A DNA stretch of 64,000 bases from a virus (IMGVR_UViG_3300017755_003154:20064-84063); one strand, 5' to 3'; positions 41,169-51,589 are shown, counted from the first letter of the stretch. Made by a program: numbers and translations. Notes: generated from the letters alone by a model not told the origin.

Positions 41169-41195
41169 TATTTATTTGTTTAAGAAAAGTGCGTA
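41169..41195 (-). promoter_or_regulatory. Late promoter (TAAATA) with upstream TACGCAC element
   Basis: Minus strand TACGCAC-N14-TAAATA upstream of gp6. Confidence 0.6.
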
Positions 41196-41201
41196 TATAA
41201 T

Positions 41202-41648
41202 TTATGCTGTAAGACCCGCATCTTCATCAAAGTCCAATCTAAGTTTTTCTGAGATATTATACGGCAAGTATGTAAGTTCCATTTCAATTTGAATGCCACT
41301 TTCATAACTTGTTACTCTAATATTTTCTGCTTGTACACGTGGATCATAGTTACAAATAGTTGTAACATTTGCGGCTATTGCTTCTTTCAAATCATCAGTG
41401 AATGGTTCAAACAATGCGTCCCAAATAATAGTTCCAAATGCTGGATTATGTAGTTTTTCTCCTTGGCGTATATGAAAATGATTAAGTAAATCTTGTTTAA
41501 TTAAAGCAAGATCATATAACGTACTACTTGTATTCTCAGGATTAACTGTAGATAAACCTCTATAAGCCCTGCTTGTTACAACAGGCTTTTGCTCTTGCGT
41601 TGGTTTAATTGCAATTCTATCATATAGATTTTTTTCTAAAGTACTCAT
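41202..41648 (-). CDS. gp25: Baseplate wedge subunit gp25
   Basis: IKQDLLNHFHIRQGEKLHNPAFGTIIWDALFEP..YDPRV; CATAAATA site at 41654-41661. Confidence 0.85.
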   Translation of the reverse strand: MSTLEKNLYDRIAIKPTQEQKPVVTSRAYRGLSTVNPENTSSTLYDLALIKQDLLNHFHIRQGEKLHNPAFGTIIWDALFEPFTDDLKEAIAANVTTICNYDPRVQAENIRVTSYESGIQIEMELTYLPYNISEKLRLDFDEDAGLTA

Positions 41649-41656
41649 ATTGATAT

Positions 41657-41956
41657 TTATGTCCCTACGTTTACAAAGGATGCGCCACTGGTTATTGTAC
41701 CTGCATCACAACCATCGTCGACCCTACCTACTAAAATGCCACAAACTTTTACTACTGCACTTGATCCGTTTATATATTCTACATGGCTAGGACATAAAGG
41801 TGGATTATGAGTATGTGATACTGTTGGATCACCTAATCTAGCAACGTATTTCCCTTGGACTTTTACAAATGTTTGTCCTGGTGCATCTAGTGTAGTTGTG
41901 CTTGTACAACCGTGACCTGTATCTACTGTATCTGTTTCTCTTGCTATTAATGGCAT
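41657..41956 (-). CDS. PAAR-like spike tip protein (gp5.4-like), 99 aa; start corrected to ATG 41956
   Basis: MPLIARETD..GHGC..VKVQGKYVARLGD..H.H..C..H..GSSAVVKVCG..VGRVDD..C..GASFV. The ATG overlaps the upstream stop. Confidence 0.85.
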   Translation of the reverse strand: MPLIARETDTVDTGHGCTSTTTLDAPGQTFVKVQGKYVARLGDPTVSHTHNPPLCPSHVEYINGSSAVVKVCGILVGRVDDGCDAGTITSGASFVNVGT

Positions 41957-42723
41957 TATGTTGTTGAATCCGTTCCTGCTGTTGCTGGTGCTGTACCATC
42001 GATAGCAATATCTGCGTTTGACGGTAAACTCCAATTTCTTTTTATACTTTTTACATATTGACTATTGCTGTTAAATTTATAATTAGAAACTTTAGCATTA
42101 TTACCTTGGTTTCCGCCTAATACTTTAATAACTCCATTTGATGTAATTTCTTGTACGAAACCAATATGGCCTCCTGAACGTTTTTTTGATTTAAAAATTA
42201 TAACGTCCCATTTCCTAATATTTGCTGTATCTCTCCAGTCAACTTCACTTCCCCAATTATACCAACCTTGACTGCTCATTGTTTGAAGCGTAGGAATACC
42301 TGCTGTATATAATGACCAACTCACAAAAGCCGCACACCAAGCATATGCCATAGAACTACTATCTCTTGTATAACTGTTGCCACATACTTTATAACATTCT
42401 AATATTCTTGGATTACCTTCTTTACCGCGTTCTCTCCAATCCTGAGTTAGTACGTTTGTTAAAACTGCATCTAGTTTTTCCCAGCCCGGACCTTCTGGTA
42501 GTGGACCAGGTGTAATATTTGGATCTAATGGAGGCAAATTAGATGTATTTACATATCCTCCATTACCTGCTTGTTGTCCTGGACCTGATCTTGGATAGTC
42601 ACCTTCTAAATCAAATTGTCCATCTGGAAATCTATTTGATTCTATTGTTTCATTCCAATCTGTATTGTCTGCAATTTCTGCTGGATTAACTGTAGGTGTA
42701 AGTGGAATAATTATCTGTCCCAT
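41956..42723 (-). CDS. CHAP/NlpC-P60-like cysteine amidase (TIGR02594-like), putative virion peptidoglycan hydrolase
   Basis: GNPRILECY..AWCAAFVSW..GGHIGFV..VLGGNQGN (Cys-His dyad pattern). Confidence 0.75.
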   Translation of the reverse strand: MGQIIIPLTPTVNPAEIADNTDWNETIESNRFPDGQFDLEGDYPRSGPGQQAGNGGYVNTSNLPPLDPNITPGPLPEGPGWEKLDAVLTNVLTQDWRERGKEGNPRILECYKVCGNSYTRDSSSMAYAWCAAFVSWSLYTAGIPTLQTMSSQGWYNWGSEVDWRDTANIRKWDVIIFKSKKRSGGHIGFVQEITSNGVIKVLGGNQGNNAKVSNYKFNSNSQYVKSIKRNWSLPSNADIAIDGTAPATAGTDSTT

Positions 42724-45335
42724 TATACTACTCCTGAATTCCTTGGATCATTTTGATCAATACCTGCTACAATATTTCTTTTGTTCGGATCTCTAATCCA
42801 GTCTGGATCATACTTTCCGTTTGTTAAAAGTTTTGCTTGTAAATAACCTTGGTCTTTAGGATATCCTAATTCATATCCTCTTTCAGTTCCTGCAATAGCA
42901 TATCTAAAATTACCAAGAGTTCCTCTACCAAAATCTTTATAACGTTCTTTTAAATATGCCGCTGTAACAGCAACCGATTTAGCAACATCAGTAATTAAAA
43001 TAGTAGGATCATCTACAATTTCTACACCGAATGGATTTATTGCTTCATCAACTAATTCTTCTTTTATTAGTCCTGCCGCTTTACCATATCGTTGATAGTT
43101 TGCTTTACCTGTCAACTGGATTAATCCGCGACCGATGTACTTACCTCCGTCACCTGCTCTTGTGTTACCCATGCCTGGTCCAATTTTACTTGTGTAACCA
43201 TAAACAAGTTCAAAGAACGTTGCTTTATCTTTTTTAATTTCTGTAAGTTCTCCATCACTAACTGTTCTTGCATTACTAAAGATTGAACGTATGCGCTCAT
43301 TGCTAGTACCGCTGTAACTTCTTTCAGTTGTTAATTTTAATCCGGATTCTGTTTCTGCTGTTGCAATAGCCGAATAAACTTGTTCTTCTGTAAATCCTTC
43401 AGCAAATAATGCTTTTGCAAATAATCTTGATATTTCTTGTTTGCTAACTTTTACTGGCTCAGGATCTGGTTGAATAGTCGCCGCCGCTATAGGATCAAAT
43501 CTTGCACTACCTTCTGGAGCCCCGCTTGTATTATATGCATTAGGCTGACTACCACTACCTATTACATAACCGCCTGGTGTTCTATTAAATGTATCAGGAG
43601 TACTAGGTGGATATGTTTCTGGAGGATCAACCCCTGCTCTAGTTAAGTCTGGTGTGTATTTCAATGGATCATAATGTTCATGCTCAAACCACGGTTCGTG
43701 TTGTGGAACACGACTTGCTTTAAGTGCAATTTCTGGTGGTGTAGGATCTACAATAAAAGGTGCTGGAGGTATAACTGCCGCCCTTGGATCGTCTGGTACT
43801 AACGGTACAATTTGTTGGATATCGATATCGTTACCATCTGAGTACATTAACATGTTTGTTCCAGCATGTGTTGAAAGTTGATTATCTGTTCTAATTTTAA
43901 GATTAGCAACACTTTTAATATCTAGTGTGTTGCCTGATTTAATTGTTGTTTTTAATTTGCTTGTTTGATGTATTTCTGCACCAGTGTTTGTATAACTACT
44001 TCCTAACGCTTTCATGTGGTAGTCACCGTCTGTAGTAATTTTAACTTCGTTGTGTCCTTCAATACCAATACCTGTTGTACTACCTAATGACAGTTGATCG
44101 CCTGACGAAATATTTTGTTTTTCTACAGCAACCATCATACCGTTCTGATTTGCATATAAAATTAAATCTTCGTTAGTATTAATATTAATGTCTTTACCAC
44201 TGTTTAAACTAAATTGTGTACCTGTAATCATACTAGTACTATCATGTGAACTTGTTCTAATTTTGTTAGCAACTGCATTAATATCTTGACCCGCAGTTAA
44301 ATTAATATCTCTATCTGCTGTAAAGTTTAAATCTTGTTGAGAGTGAACACTTATACTATCTGTACCATAGATATCAATTTTACCATTACTAGTCATTTCA
44401 ATCCAAGCAGTTCCCCTAGAATTTGCAATGTAAATTAAATCTTCTGAATTGTGCATTAATATTTGATGACCTGTTCTCGTACGCATACGAAATAATTCAT
44501 TGTGAGGTCTAGTAACATCTCCGCCTTCTTCTTGTGCTTCAATGTTTGCATATTCCATTGCTGTATCTTTAGGATGCCCTTTTCTCAAAAATTTGTCATC
44601 ACCGTCGTCCATAACAAAACTTGAACCACCTAATCTACTCTTTGGATAATTTAACTTGTTTCCTGTAAATCCTATGTCTGCTTTTGGAGCACCTTCTCTC
44701 TTATCTAATGGTCCTGGAGTACTCCAACCAAAAACTGCACTGGGCAACTCGCGCCTTGCACTAGAACTTGTAAGACCTCTTGTTTCATCATCGCTTAATC
44801 CTGCAACAATATAATTTTTAAGTAAATCTAAATGTGTAGGTTTTCTATGTGTAGTTGGTTCTGTTGTTGGATCTGTAGTTGTAAGTTTATTATATTCTAC
44901 TGCTGGTGCTTTTTTGTTGAAATCTTTTAGTAATGCAGTTGATGCATATCCTGGAGTCATAAAGTTCATAAATTCGTCTTGTACACACCCAATCCAGTAA
45001 CACTTACTAGTATTACCTTCAACAAAAATTACAAGCACTCTTGTACCTACGTCTGGTGGCACAGCCCAAAAGCCATAACTTTGCTGACTGTTTCTATATC
45101 CTTCATTTTTACTATTTCCGCCTACAGGTGTAACACCATAAAATGGACTAAGATAACTTGCTTCAAATACTTGTCCTGAGCGTTCAGGTTGGTTACCAGA
45201 GCCAGTTGACTTTAATAGTTCAACTTGCAATGTACCCATATATTTGGTATCTAAATTGTTTACAATAACTGCTTCAAACGGACCAGTCTGGCTAGTACTT
45301 TTAGGTTTGGATCTACGAATATCTTCATATGCCAT
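42723..45335 (-). CDS. gp5: Baseplate hub / central spike gp5 with C-terminal GH19-type lysozyme
   Basis: N-terminal OB fold (SYGFWAVPPDVGTRVLVIF), RTRTGHQILM, beta-helix repeats; C-terminal AETESGL..DGGKYIGRGLIQLTGKANY (GH19 signature). Confidence 0.8.
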   Translation of the reverse strand: MAYEDIRRSKPKSTSQTGPFEAVIVNNLDTKYMGTLQVELLKSTGSGNQPERSGQVFEASYLSPFYGVTPVGGNSKNEGYRNSQQSYGFWAVPPDVGTRVLVIFVEGNTSKCYWIGCVQDEFMNFMTPGYASTALLKDFNKKAPAVEYNKLTTTDPTTEPTTHRKPTHLDLLKNYIVAGLSDDETRGLTSSSARRELPSAVFGWSTPGPLDKREGAPKADIGFTGNKLNYPKSRLGGSSFVMDDGDDKFLRKGHPKDTAMEYANIEAQEEGGDVTRPHNELFRMRTRTGHQILMHNSEDLIYIANSRGTAWIEMTSNGKIDIYGTDSISVHSQQDLNFTADRDINLTAGQDINAVANKIRTSSHDSTSMITGTQFSLNSGKDININTNEDLILYANQNGMMVAVEKQNISSGDQLSLGSTTGIGIEGHNEVKITTDGDYHMKALGSSYTNTGAEIHQTSKLKTTIKSGNTLDIKSVANLKIRTDNQLSTHAGTNMLMYSDGNDIDIQQIVPLVPDDPRAAVIPPAPFIVDPTPPEIALKASRVPQHEPWFEHEHYDPLKYTPDLTRAGVDPPETYPPSTPDTFNRTPGGYVIGSGSQPNAYNTSGAPEGSARFDPIAAATIQPDPEPVKVSKQEISRLFAKALFAEGFTEEQVYSAIATAETESGLKLTTERSYSGTSNERIRSIFSNARTVSDGELTEIKKDKATFFELVYGYTSKIGPGMGNTRAGDGGKYIGRGLIQLTGKANYQRYGKAAGLIKEELVDEAINPFGVEIVDDPTILITDVAKSVAVTAAYLKERYKDFGRGTLGNFRYAIAGTERGYELGYPKDQGYLQAKLLTNGKYDPDWIRDPNKRNIVAGIDQNDPRNSGVV

Positions 45336-45336
45336 A

Positions 45337-48300
45337 TTATGTTGGTCCTATATTTTTTAAATCTCTATTCAACTTTGCTAACTTAGTTGCATTTGCTGTT
45401 GCTACTGCTTCTAAATTATTTGGTATTTGCATTGCAACTGTAGGTGCTGTATTAGCAAGTTTTTGTAAACCAGGAACGTTACCTACTGTGTCTGTCAATG
45501 TTGTTCCAAACTTTCCTAAAACATCGCTCCCATTTAAATTTACCTGACTTAGTGTGTTACCGGCAAAGGATGTGGCGGCATTTTTTAAATTGTTAAATTC
45601 TGCTCCAATTTTTCCTAGGTCAGCAACCCCAATTTGTTCTTGTATTAATTTTAGTGATGTACCTATTCTGCCAAATGCATCTAGTGCTGGTAATCCTAAT
45701 GACTGTGCTTGCGATGAAACAAGTTCATTTAATCCTTCGTATCCAGGTAATAGTAACTCAATTTCTTTTTTATATGCCGCTAAATTTTCAGTAGCACCAG
45801 TTGTAATTGCCGCATCAGATACTCTCTTAGCATAGTCAACTGCTTTCTCATTCATTGACTCGCTGGCTTTTGTAGTTTCAATAAACGCTCCAAGATTTTG
45901 TGTTTGGGCTTGTTGTGTTTGCGCTCTCACTCTTGTCATTTGTAAAACCGTAGTATACATATTGTTGTTAATTAAATGATTAACTTGATTAACTCTGTAT
46001 AATCCGCTAAAAGTATCTACAATAATTAATTCTTCTGGAAATATATATTTCCCTTTATCAGGATCAAAATCAATCGGAGTTCTAAATAAAACATTAATAT
46101 GCAATTCACCGTTAGCATAATTTGCATGTCCGTCTTGGGTCATATTAATATATGATGTTTCTTTAGCATGATAATTTCCAACACCGTTGTCTGAAAGATA
46201 AAATGGATCTCCCATAATAGTCATATTAACTTTTACCATATCAACTAAAGAATTCATAAGTCTATCATTAAACATTCTAGCAATACCAATTTCAGAATTA
46301 TCAAAACCTGATCCGCCTGCATTACCTGAATTAGTGTTTACTATTTCTGATTGTTTAGCCGCGCCTTCTCCTGTTCCTAATCCGTTTTCGCCAGCATTAG
46401 TTTTATAATTAGGTTCTGGTGCTCCTGTAGTCTGCGTACCTGCCGCTCCTGTAGTTTGGGCCGCAGTTGATGATCCTCTATCTGCTGTGATTGGATAAAT
46501 GAAACTTTTATTATATGCAATTTCAAATTCTAGTATATCTTTATTTTTTCCTGTATAGATATAATTGTACTCTTTTGCCGCTTGTGCTTTGAGTTCTGGA
46601 ACTCCTTTACTTGCGGCAGTGGGTGCTGAAAAAACACTGTGATGAACATAATAAGGAACAATTCTATAAGTGTATACTGATGGTACTTTTCCTGTTTTTG
46701 CTATTTCACTATTAGTAGGTACTGTATAAACATCAGTTTCTACTCTATACCATTTAATATATCCAAATGGATCTTTAACATCTTTTAACTGTTCAGCAAG
46801 TTCGCGCCCATACATGCTTGTAATTAAAACTTCTTCAATTATTTCTTGCAGTCTTGTACCTGCACTAAATTTATATGTTCTAATTTCTCCGTTTAATTTC
46901 ATATTTGATCCTGCACGAGCAAATATAGGATACTTTGCTTGGAAGGCTTCATTTTTCTTTTTTAATTCTTCGTTGTCTTTTGCAATTTGTTCATTTTGTG
47001 CTGTAACCGCTTGTTTTTTAGCAACTAGTGCATCTATTCCTCCTGGTCCAACTACGTTCTTTGGCTCAGGCATTGGCTGTGCTCCGCCTTCAAAAGGACT
47101 GTCAAGCATTTTTGAAGCGCCAATTTCGTTTTGACTAAAAGAACTTGCCGCATATTTTTTCATCATGTCATCTAAACGTCCTGCATTTTTAACATTGCCA
47201 GACATTGTTGCAAGATACTCGTCAAAATTTTCAGGTACAGGTTCTTCACTTCCGCCTATACTCTTCCAATATGCTTCTAAAATTTTTGGACTAGTTACAT
47301 GCTCTTGAGTTTCGTCAATAAATCCTTCATCTGGTCCATAACCCATTGGATTTACTGTAGCAGAATTATTTGTTTCTGCATTTGCTGTAGGACTAAATGT
47401 AGATGCACCTTCTTTTGGAAAAATAATTACAAACTGATCTGCAACATTTACTTGGTCTGCTTGTTGCATTTCTAATAATCTGTTATTCATAATTCCTGTT
47501 ACACTTTTTCCGCCTGTTTGTAAAATTTCTCTTACAGTCCGTCCTGTAATTGCTACGTCTGTTTTAATTTGTTGCACACTATCACGCAATGCACGTTCAT
47601 TCCATGCAATCGCTTCAACTTGATATGTTGATCCACCTTCATTTACTGAAAACTGTGAAGTTGTAAGTGAAATAGGAATAAGTCTTCTTGCATATGGTAC
47701 ATCAACTTGTGTTCCGTCAACTGTCCAACCTTTAAAATCAAGTTGTAAACAAAAACATGCAGTTGTATAGTCTTGGAATCCGGCTTTTGCCGCGGCAACA
47801 CTTAATGCCTGATAAAATAATCCCATGCTATAAGGTTCTAGTACATCAAATGTAATTTTTGTTGCATTACTGTTTGTTCCATAGGATAAACTTGGAGTTA
47901 TGTTTGCTCCAATATCTAAATTGTCAATAAAAAATTCTACATTATTACCTAATGCAATTTCTACTTGTGTTTTTTTCTTTTTTGATCCTGCACCGCCGCC
48001 ACTTTGGCAAACAATATTATCTAGTCCAGTTTTCCTATATGTATTATCAGGATCACTTATTTGTTTATGGCTTAATGCCGCAAGTGTAATAATACAATTC
48101 ATACTTGCAAAATTTTCTAGTTCATTAGGCCACGGAGGTTGTGATTCTCCTGGTACCAAGTGTCCTGCTTTTGTTGTAAATCCTATTGGGCCTGGCTTTG
48201 CATCTAAGTTGCTTTTGAATTCTTTTGGATGCATTGAAGCAAACAAACTTCCGTCTTTTGCAGAATTTGTAAAACCTTCAATTTTTCCTAAAGCGTCATC

Positions 48301-48432
48301 TAAACCTTCTACCTTAAGTTGATTCATGGTATTAGCAATTTGACCTTGTAATTGACCTGCAATTTCTGGAACGGCAGAACTTATTTGATCAAACTTGTTA
48401 GACACTTTATTGACAAGTGATTTAAAATTCAA
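45337..48432 (-). CDS. Putative baseplate hub / tail protein (gp27-like position)
   Basis: Large ORF upstream of gp5; F.V.EPYSMGL; YNYIYTGKN; MTIMGDPFYL; SGLYRVNQV. Confidence 0.55.
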   Translation of the reverse strand: MNFKSLVNKVSNKFDQISSAVPEIAGQLQGQIANTMNQLKVEGLDDALGKIEGFTNSAKDGSLFASMHPKEFKSNLDAKPGPIGFTTKAGHLVPGESQPPWPNELENFASMNCIITLAALSHKQISDPDNTYRKTGLDNIVCQSGGGAGSKKKKTQVEIALGNNVEFFIDNLDIGANITPSLSYGTNSNATKITFDVLEPYSMGLFYQALSVAAAKAGFQDYTTACFCLQLDFKGWTVDGTQVDVPYARRLIPISLTTSQFSVNEGGSTYQVEAIAWNERALRDSVQQIKTDVAITGRTVREILQTGGKSVTGIMNNRLLEMQQADQVNVADQFVIIFPKEGASTFSPTANAETNNSATVNPMGYGPDEGFIDETQEHVTSPKILEAYWKSIGGSEEPVPENFDEYLATMSGNVKNAGRLDDMMKKYAASSFSQNEIGASKMLDSPFEGGAQPMPEPKNVVGPGGIDALVAKKQAVTAQNEQIAKDNEELKKKNEAFQAKYPIFARAGSNMKLNGEIRTYKFSAGTRLQEIIEEVLITSMYGRELAEQLKDVKDPFGYIKWYRVETDVYTVPTNSEIAKTGKVPSVYTYRIVPYYVHHSVFSAPTAASKGVPELKAQAAKEYNYIYTGKNKDILEFEIAYNKSFIYPITADRGSSTAAQTTGAAGTQTTGAPEPNYKTNAGENGLGTGEGAAKQSEIVNTNSGNAGGSGFDNSEIGIARMFNDRLMNSLVDMVKVNMTIMGDPFYLSDNGVGNYHAKETSYINMTQDGHANYANGELHINVLFRTPIDFDPDKGKYIFPEELIIVDTFSGLYRVNQVNHLINNNMYTTVLQMTRVRAQTQQAQTQNLGAFIETTKASESMNEKAVDYAKRVSDAAITTGATENLAAYKKEIELLLPGYEGLNELVSSQAQSLGLPALDAFGRIGTSLKLIQEQIGVADLGKIGAEFNNLKNAATSFAGNTLSQVNLNGSDVLGKFGTTLTDTVGNVPGLQKLANTAPTVAMQIPNNLEAVATANATKLAKLNRDLKNIGPT

Positions 48433-48433
48433 T

Positions 48434-48739
48434 TTATACTCCTAGTACGCTTCTAAGTGTAGGACCTTTTGGTAAAAATATTTTTACGCCTGCTACCATA
48501 TCAAATACAGGGTCTTTTATTGTATCCATATTTCTTTGTGCAAACACCCACCACAATTTACTGTTGCCATATAAATCATGTGCAAGTAAATCTGGTCTAT
48601 GTGTATATTGTGTTTCTATTGTATACAAAAAATCGTCGGATTCTGCTGGAACTGGACGTATTTGAAAATTTCCTAAATACTTATTATCAACAATGTCAGT
48701 ATTTGACCAAGGACTAGTTTTGTTATAAGATGCTGACAT
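48434..48739 (-). CDS. Baseplate wedge gp53-like (LysM-like) protein
   Basis: YTIETQYTHRPDLLAHDLYGNSKLWWVFAQRN..G.KIFLP. Confidence 0.75.
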   Translation of the reverse strand: MSASYNKTSPWSNTDIVDNKYLGNFQIRPVPAESDDFLYTIETQYTHRPDLLAHDLYGNSKLWWVFAQRNMDTIKDPVFDMVAGVKIFLPKGPTLRSVLGV

Positions 48740-49596
48740 TATAAAAATCCTCTTGTGCTAATTAAGTTTCCATTTACAAAATCATTTAAACTAAATTGTT
48801 CAACATGCGCTCTGCTGTATACTGGTTGTAATGTTACAGCCATTAAACTTTGTGTCGGAACCCATGTACCTGGAGCGCCTTCTGTTTCACCTGCACCTGC
48901 ACCTGCGATATTTGTTTTCATATAATCAACATCTTGAGGTAAGTCAACGTTAAAACTTGTAACAACACAAGGAACATTTTTAAATACATATTCTCCATAA
49001 CCATTAAATTTTACAATTGGCGGTGGATTACCGGTATTAGATCCGTTGTCACCATAAAACATTTTAGTAAGTGTTCTTAAAAATGTAACAGCCGCTACCC
49101 AATATTCTGCATCGTCATTTGTTTCAATAAAAAAGTCTCCTGAAACTGTTATAGCGTCCACAGCAGAGTTCTGGTAGTTGTAAAAAGGATAATTAGTATG
49201 TACAGGTTGCATTGAACTATATGATGCACTGTGCGAAAATATTACAGACGGAGTAAACGGAAAAATCATTCGCTCGCCTGACTCAATTAAAGGACTAATC
49301 AACGTGGAATCAAGATCTCTAATTACTGGAGGAATAGAAATACTTACACGCCAATCATTATCACTGGCTTTATCAACAACTTTTGCTTCAGATGATGTCT
49401 TTGATTTAGGAACACCATCTGGTGGAAATGACTGTCCAGCAGGACCATTCATTCGATTCATAGATCCAAAATCTTCTGCATGATGAGGATGTGGAATGAT
49501 TCGTTTTGTCTTTTCTTTGATCTTACTTTGAATAGTGCCAAATTCATCATAAACATGATCAATGTGTGGGTTACGTTGAAAGCGGTTAATACTCAT
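48739..49596 (-). CDS. Baseplate tail-tube cap/initiator (gp48/gp54-like)
   Basis: IFPFTP..Y..HTNYPF..ITVSGDF; PPPIVKFNGYG..FKNVPCVVTSFNVDLPQDVDY..VPT. Confidence 0.6.
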   Translation of the reverse strand: MSINRFQRNPHIDHVYDEFGTIQSKIKEKTKRIIPHPHHAEDFGSMNRMNGPAGQSFPPDGVPKSKTSSEAKVVDKASDNDWRVSISIPPVIRDLDSTLISPLIESGERMIFPFTPSVIFSHSASYSSMQPVHTNYPFYNYQNSAVDAITVSGDFFIETNDDAEYWVAAVTFLRTLTKMFYGDNGSNTGNPPPIVKFNGYGEYVFKNVPCVVTSFNVDLPQDVDYMKTNIAGAGAGETEGAPGTWVPTQSLMAVTLQPVYSRAHVEQFSLNDFVNGNLISTRGFL

Positions 49597-49623
49597 TTTT
49601 ACTCCAGTTAAACTTTATAGTAT

Positions 49624-49650
49624 TATTTAGTTGACTTTTTTAACTACGTA
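49624..49650 (-). promoter_or_regulatory. Late promoter (CTAAATA) with upstream TACGTAG element, driving the baseplate operon
   Basis: Minus strand TACGTAG-N14-TAAATA. Confidence 0.6.
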
Positions 49651-49659
49651 TATTATAAT
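49631..49659 (+). promoter_or_regulatory. Sigma70-type promoter for gp55
   Basis: TTGACT, 17-nt spacer, TATAAT; GGAG RBS before ATG 49690. Confidence 0.8.
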
Positions 49660-49689
49660 ATATGTAATACTTTAAAAACTGGAGCCCTA

Positions 49690-50520
49690 ATGAGAAAAGT
49701 AAATTACTTAAATAACAAAGATATCTTAAAAGAGATACACAAGTCCAAAAGTACATTTTGTAGTTATATGGACAACGATTATGCCGATTTTGACATAATT
49801 TTACTTGATATAGAAAAAATAAACATACGCACTATTGCCGAAGCAAAGCGAAATAAAGCAAAAAAACAGAGTCAACTAGCATTTGAGACAAGAAAAGCGG
49901 CTGGTGAAAAAATAAAACAAGCAGAATGTGAAGTAGATTACAGAAAAATTACAAAAGAAGAACTAATTTTTAGAATTATGACATTTGATCATATTCCAGA
50001 AGAACCCGGACGCAAAAAGAACCCAAAAACAGTAGCAGATACAAAAACAAAACTTAATTTTCCGCCATTTCAACATTATAAGTTTAACGATGCCGGCGAA
50101 TTAATATGTGTAGGCAAAAGTCATTGGGAAGGTGGTATGGAAAATGGTGCATTTAGTAAATCTCACGGTAAAGCAACTAATAAACTTGCTATGATGTGGA
50201 TGAAATTGTGCGATCGCTATGCAACTAGAGGAAATGTGCGTGGATATACGTATAATGACGAAATGCGTGGTCAAGCAATACTACAATTAGCACAAATAGG
50301 ACTTCAATTTGATGAATCTAAGTCACAAAACCCGTTTGCATACTATACTGCGGCTGTAACTAACAGTTTTGTTCGTGTTATTAACCTAGAAAAGCGTAAT
50401 CAGAACATTAGAGACGATATTTTAGAAATGAACAATATGAATCCAAGTTATACTCGTCAGCACCAAGGCGAATGGGAAGCATCACAGAAAAGACAAGAAG
50501 AAATTAACAATAAAAAATAA
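49690..50520 (+). CDS. gp55: Late-transcription sigma factor gp55
   Basis: NYLNNKDIL; GYTYNDEMRGQAILQ..FDESKSQNPFAYYT..NSFVRVINLEKRNQ. Confidence 0.85.
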   Translation: MRKVNYLNNKDILKEIHKSKSTFCSYMDNDYADFDIILLDIEKINIRTIAEAKRNKAKKQSQLAFETRKAAGEKIKQAECEVDYRKITKEELIFRIMTFDHIPEEPGRKKNPKTVADTKTKLNFPPFQHYKFNDAGELICVGKSHWEGGMENGAFSKSHGKATNKLAMMWMKLCDRYATRGNVRGYTYNDEMRGQAILQLAQIGLQFDESKSQNPFAYYTAAVTNSFVRVINLEKRNQNIRDDILEMNNMNPSYTRQHQGEWEASQKRQEEINNKK

Positions 50521-50524
50521 TCAC

Positions 50525-50553
50525 TTGACAACGTTAGGTTTTTAAAGTATAAT
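50525..50553 (+). promoter_or_regulatory. Perfect-consensus sigma70 promoter for gp47-gp46
   Basis: TTGACA, 17-nt spacer, TATAAT. Confidence 0.85.
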
Positions 50554-50578
50554 AATATAGATTAAGGAGTGATTATAA

Positions 50579-51589
50579 GTGTTCAAGAAAGCGGCGGTCT
50601 TTACTGATATTCATCTTGGCCTAAAAGGCAATAGTAAAGTACATAACGATGATTGTGAACGTTTCGTAGATTGGTATATTGCACAAGCAAAAGCCAATGG
50701 ATGCGAAACAGGAATATTTTGTGGCGACTGGCATCATAATAGAAACAGTCTTAACCTTACAACCATGGATGCAACAATACGTTGTATGGAAAAATTAGGT
50801 AGTTCATTTGAAAAGTTTTACTTTTTTGATGGTAACCACGATTTATATTACAAAGACAAACGTGATGTAAACTCGACTGCGTTTGCTACATACATTCCAG
50901 GTATTACATTTATTGATGAAATACACATTGAAGAAGATGTTGCTCTTGTTCCATGGCTTGTTGGTGATGAATGGCGTAAAATTAAAGATATAAAAACCAA
51001 ATATATGTTTGGTCATTTTGAATTGCCATCATTCTATATGAATGCAATGGTACAAATGCCCGACCACGGTGAACTAAAAGCAGAACACTTTGAACATCAA
51101 GAATATGTGTTCAGTGGTCACTTCCATAAAAGACAAAAACAAGGCAAAGTACATTACTTAGGTAATGCATTTCCTCACAACTATGCAGATGCATGGGATG
51201 ATGCAAGAGGAATGATGATACTTGATAGAGAAAATAACAAAGAGCCTGAATATCTAAACTGGGATGACTGTCCTAAGTATAGAACAACTACACTTAGTAA
51301 ACTTCTTGATCCTAATCAAGACATTATTAAAAGTAATATGTATTTGCGTGTTACTATTGATGTTCCGATTAGTTATGAAGAAGCACAATTTATAAAAGAA
51401 ACATATATTACACAATATAAGTGTAGAGAAATTACACTGATCCCGCAAAAGCAAGTCGAGGAAATAAGTACCGACTTAGATATTTCAACCTTTGAAAGTG
51501 TCGATGAAATTGTATCAAAAGAAATTACAGCAATTGATTCAGATAACTTCAATAAAAAAATGCTATTGGACATCTATAACGAACTATGA
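50579..51589 (+). CDS. gp47: Recombination endonuclease subunit gp47 (Mre11/SbcD-like)
   Basis: Metallophosphoesterase motifs TDIHLG, GDWHH, GNHD, GHFE, SGHFH. Confidence 0.9.
   Translation: MFKKAAVFTDIHLGLKGNSKVHNDDCERFVDWYIAQAKANGCETGIFCGDWHHNRNSLNLTTMDATIRCMEKLGSSFEKFYFFDGNHDLYYKDKRDVNSTAFATYIPGITFIDEIHIEEDVALVPWLVGDEWRKIKDIKTKYMFGHFELPSFYMNAMVQMPDHGELKAEHFEHQEYVFSGHFHKRQKQGKVHYLGNAFPHNYADAWDDARGMMILDRENNKEPEYLNWDDCPKYRTTTLSKLLDPNQDIIKSNMYLRVTIDVPISYEEAQFIKETYITQYKCREITLIPQKQVEEISTDLDISTFESVDEIVSKEITAIDSDNFNKKMLLDIYNEL

Noticed and set aside
41957-42034. N-terminal extension of the PAAR ORF given in the ORF track
   Set aside because: It overlaps the amidase gene; the PAAR-like sequence starts at ATG 41956, coupled to the upstream stop.
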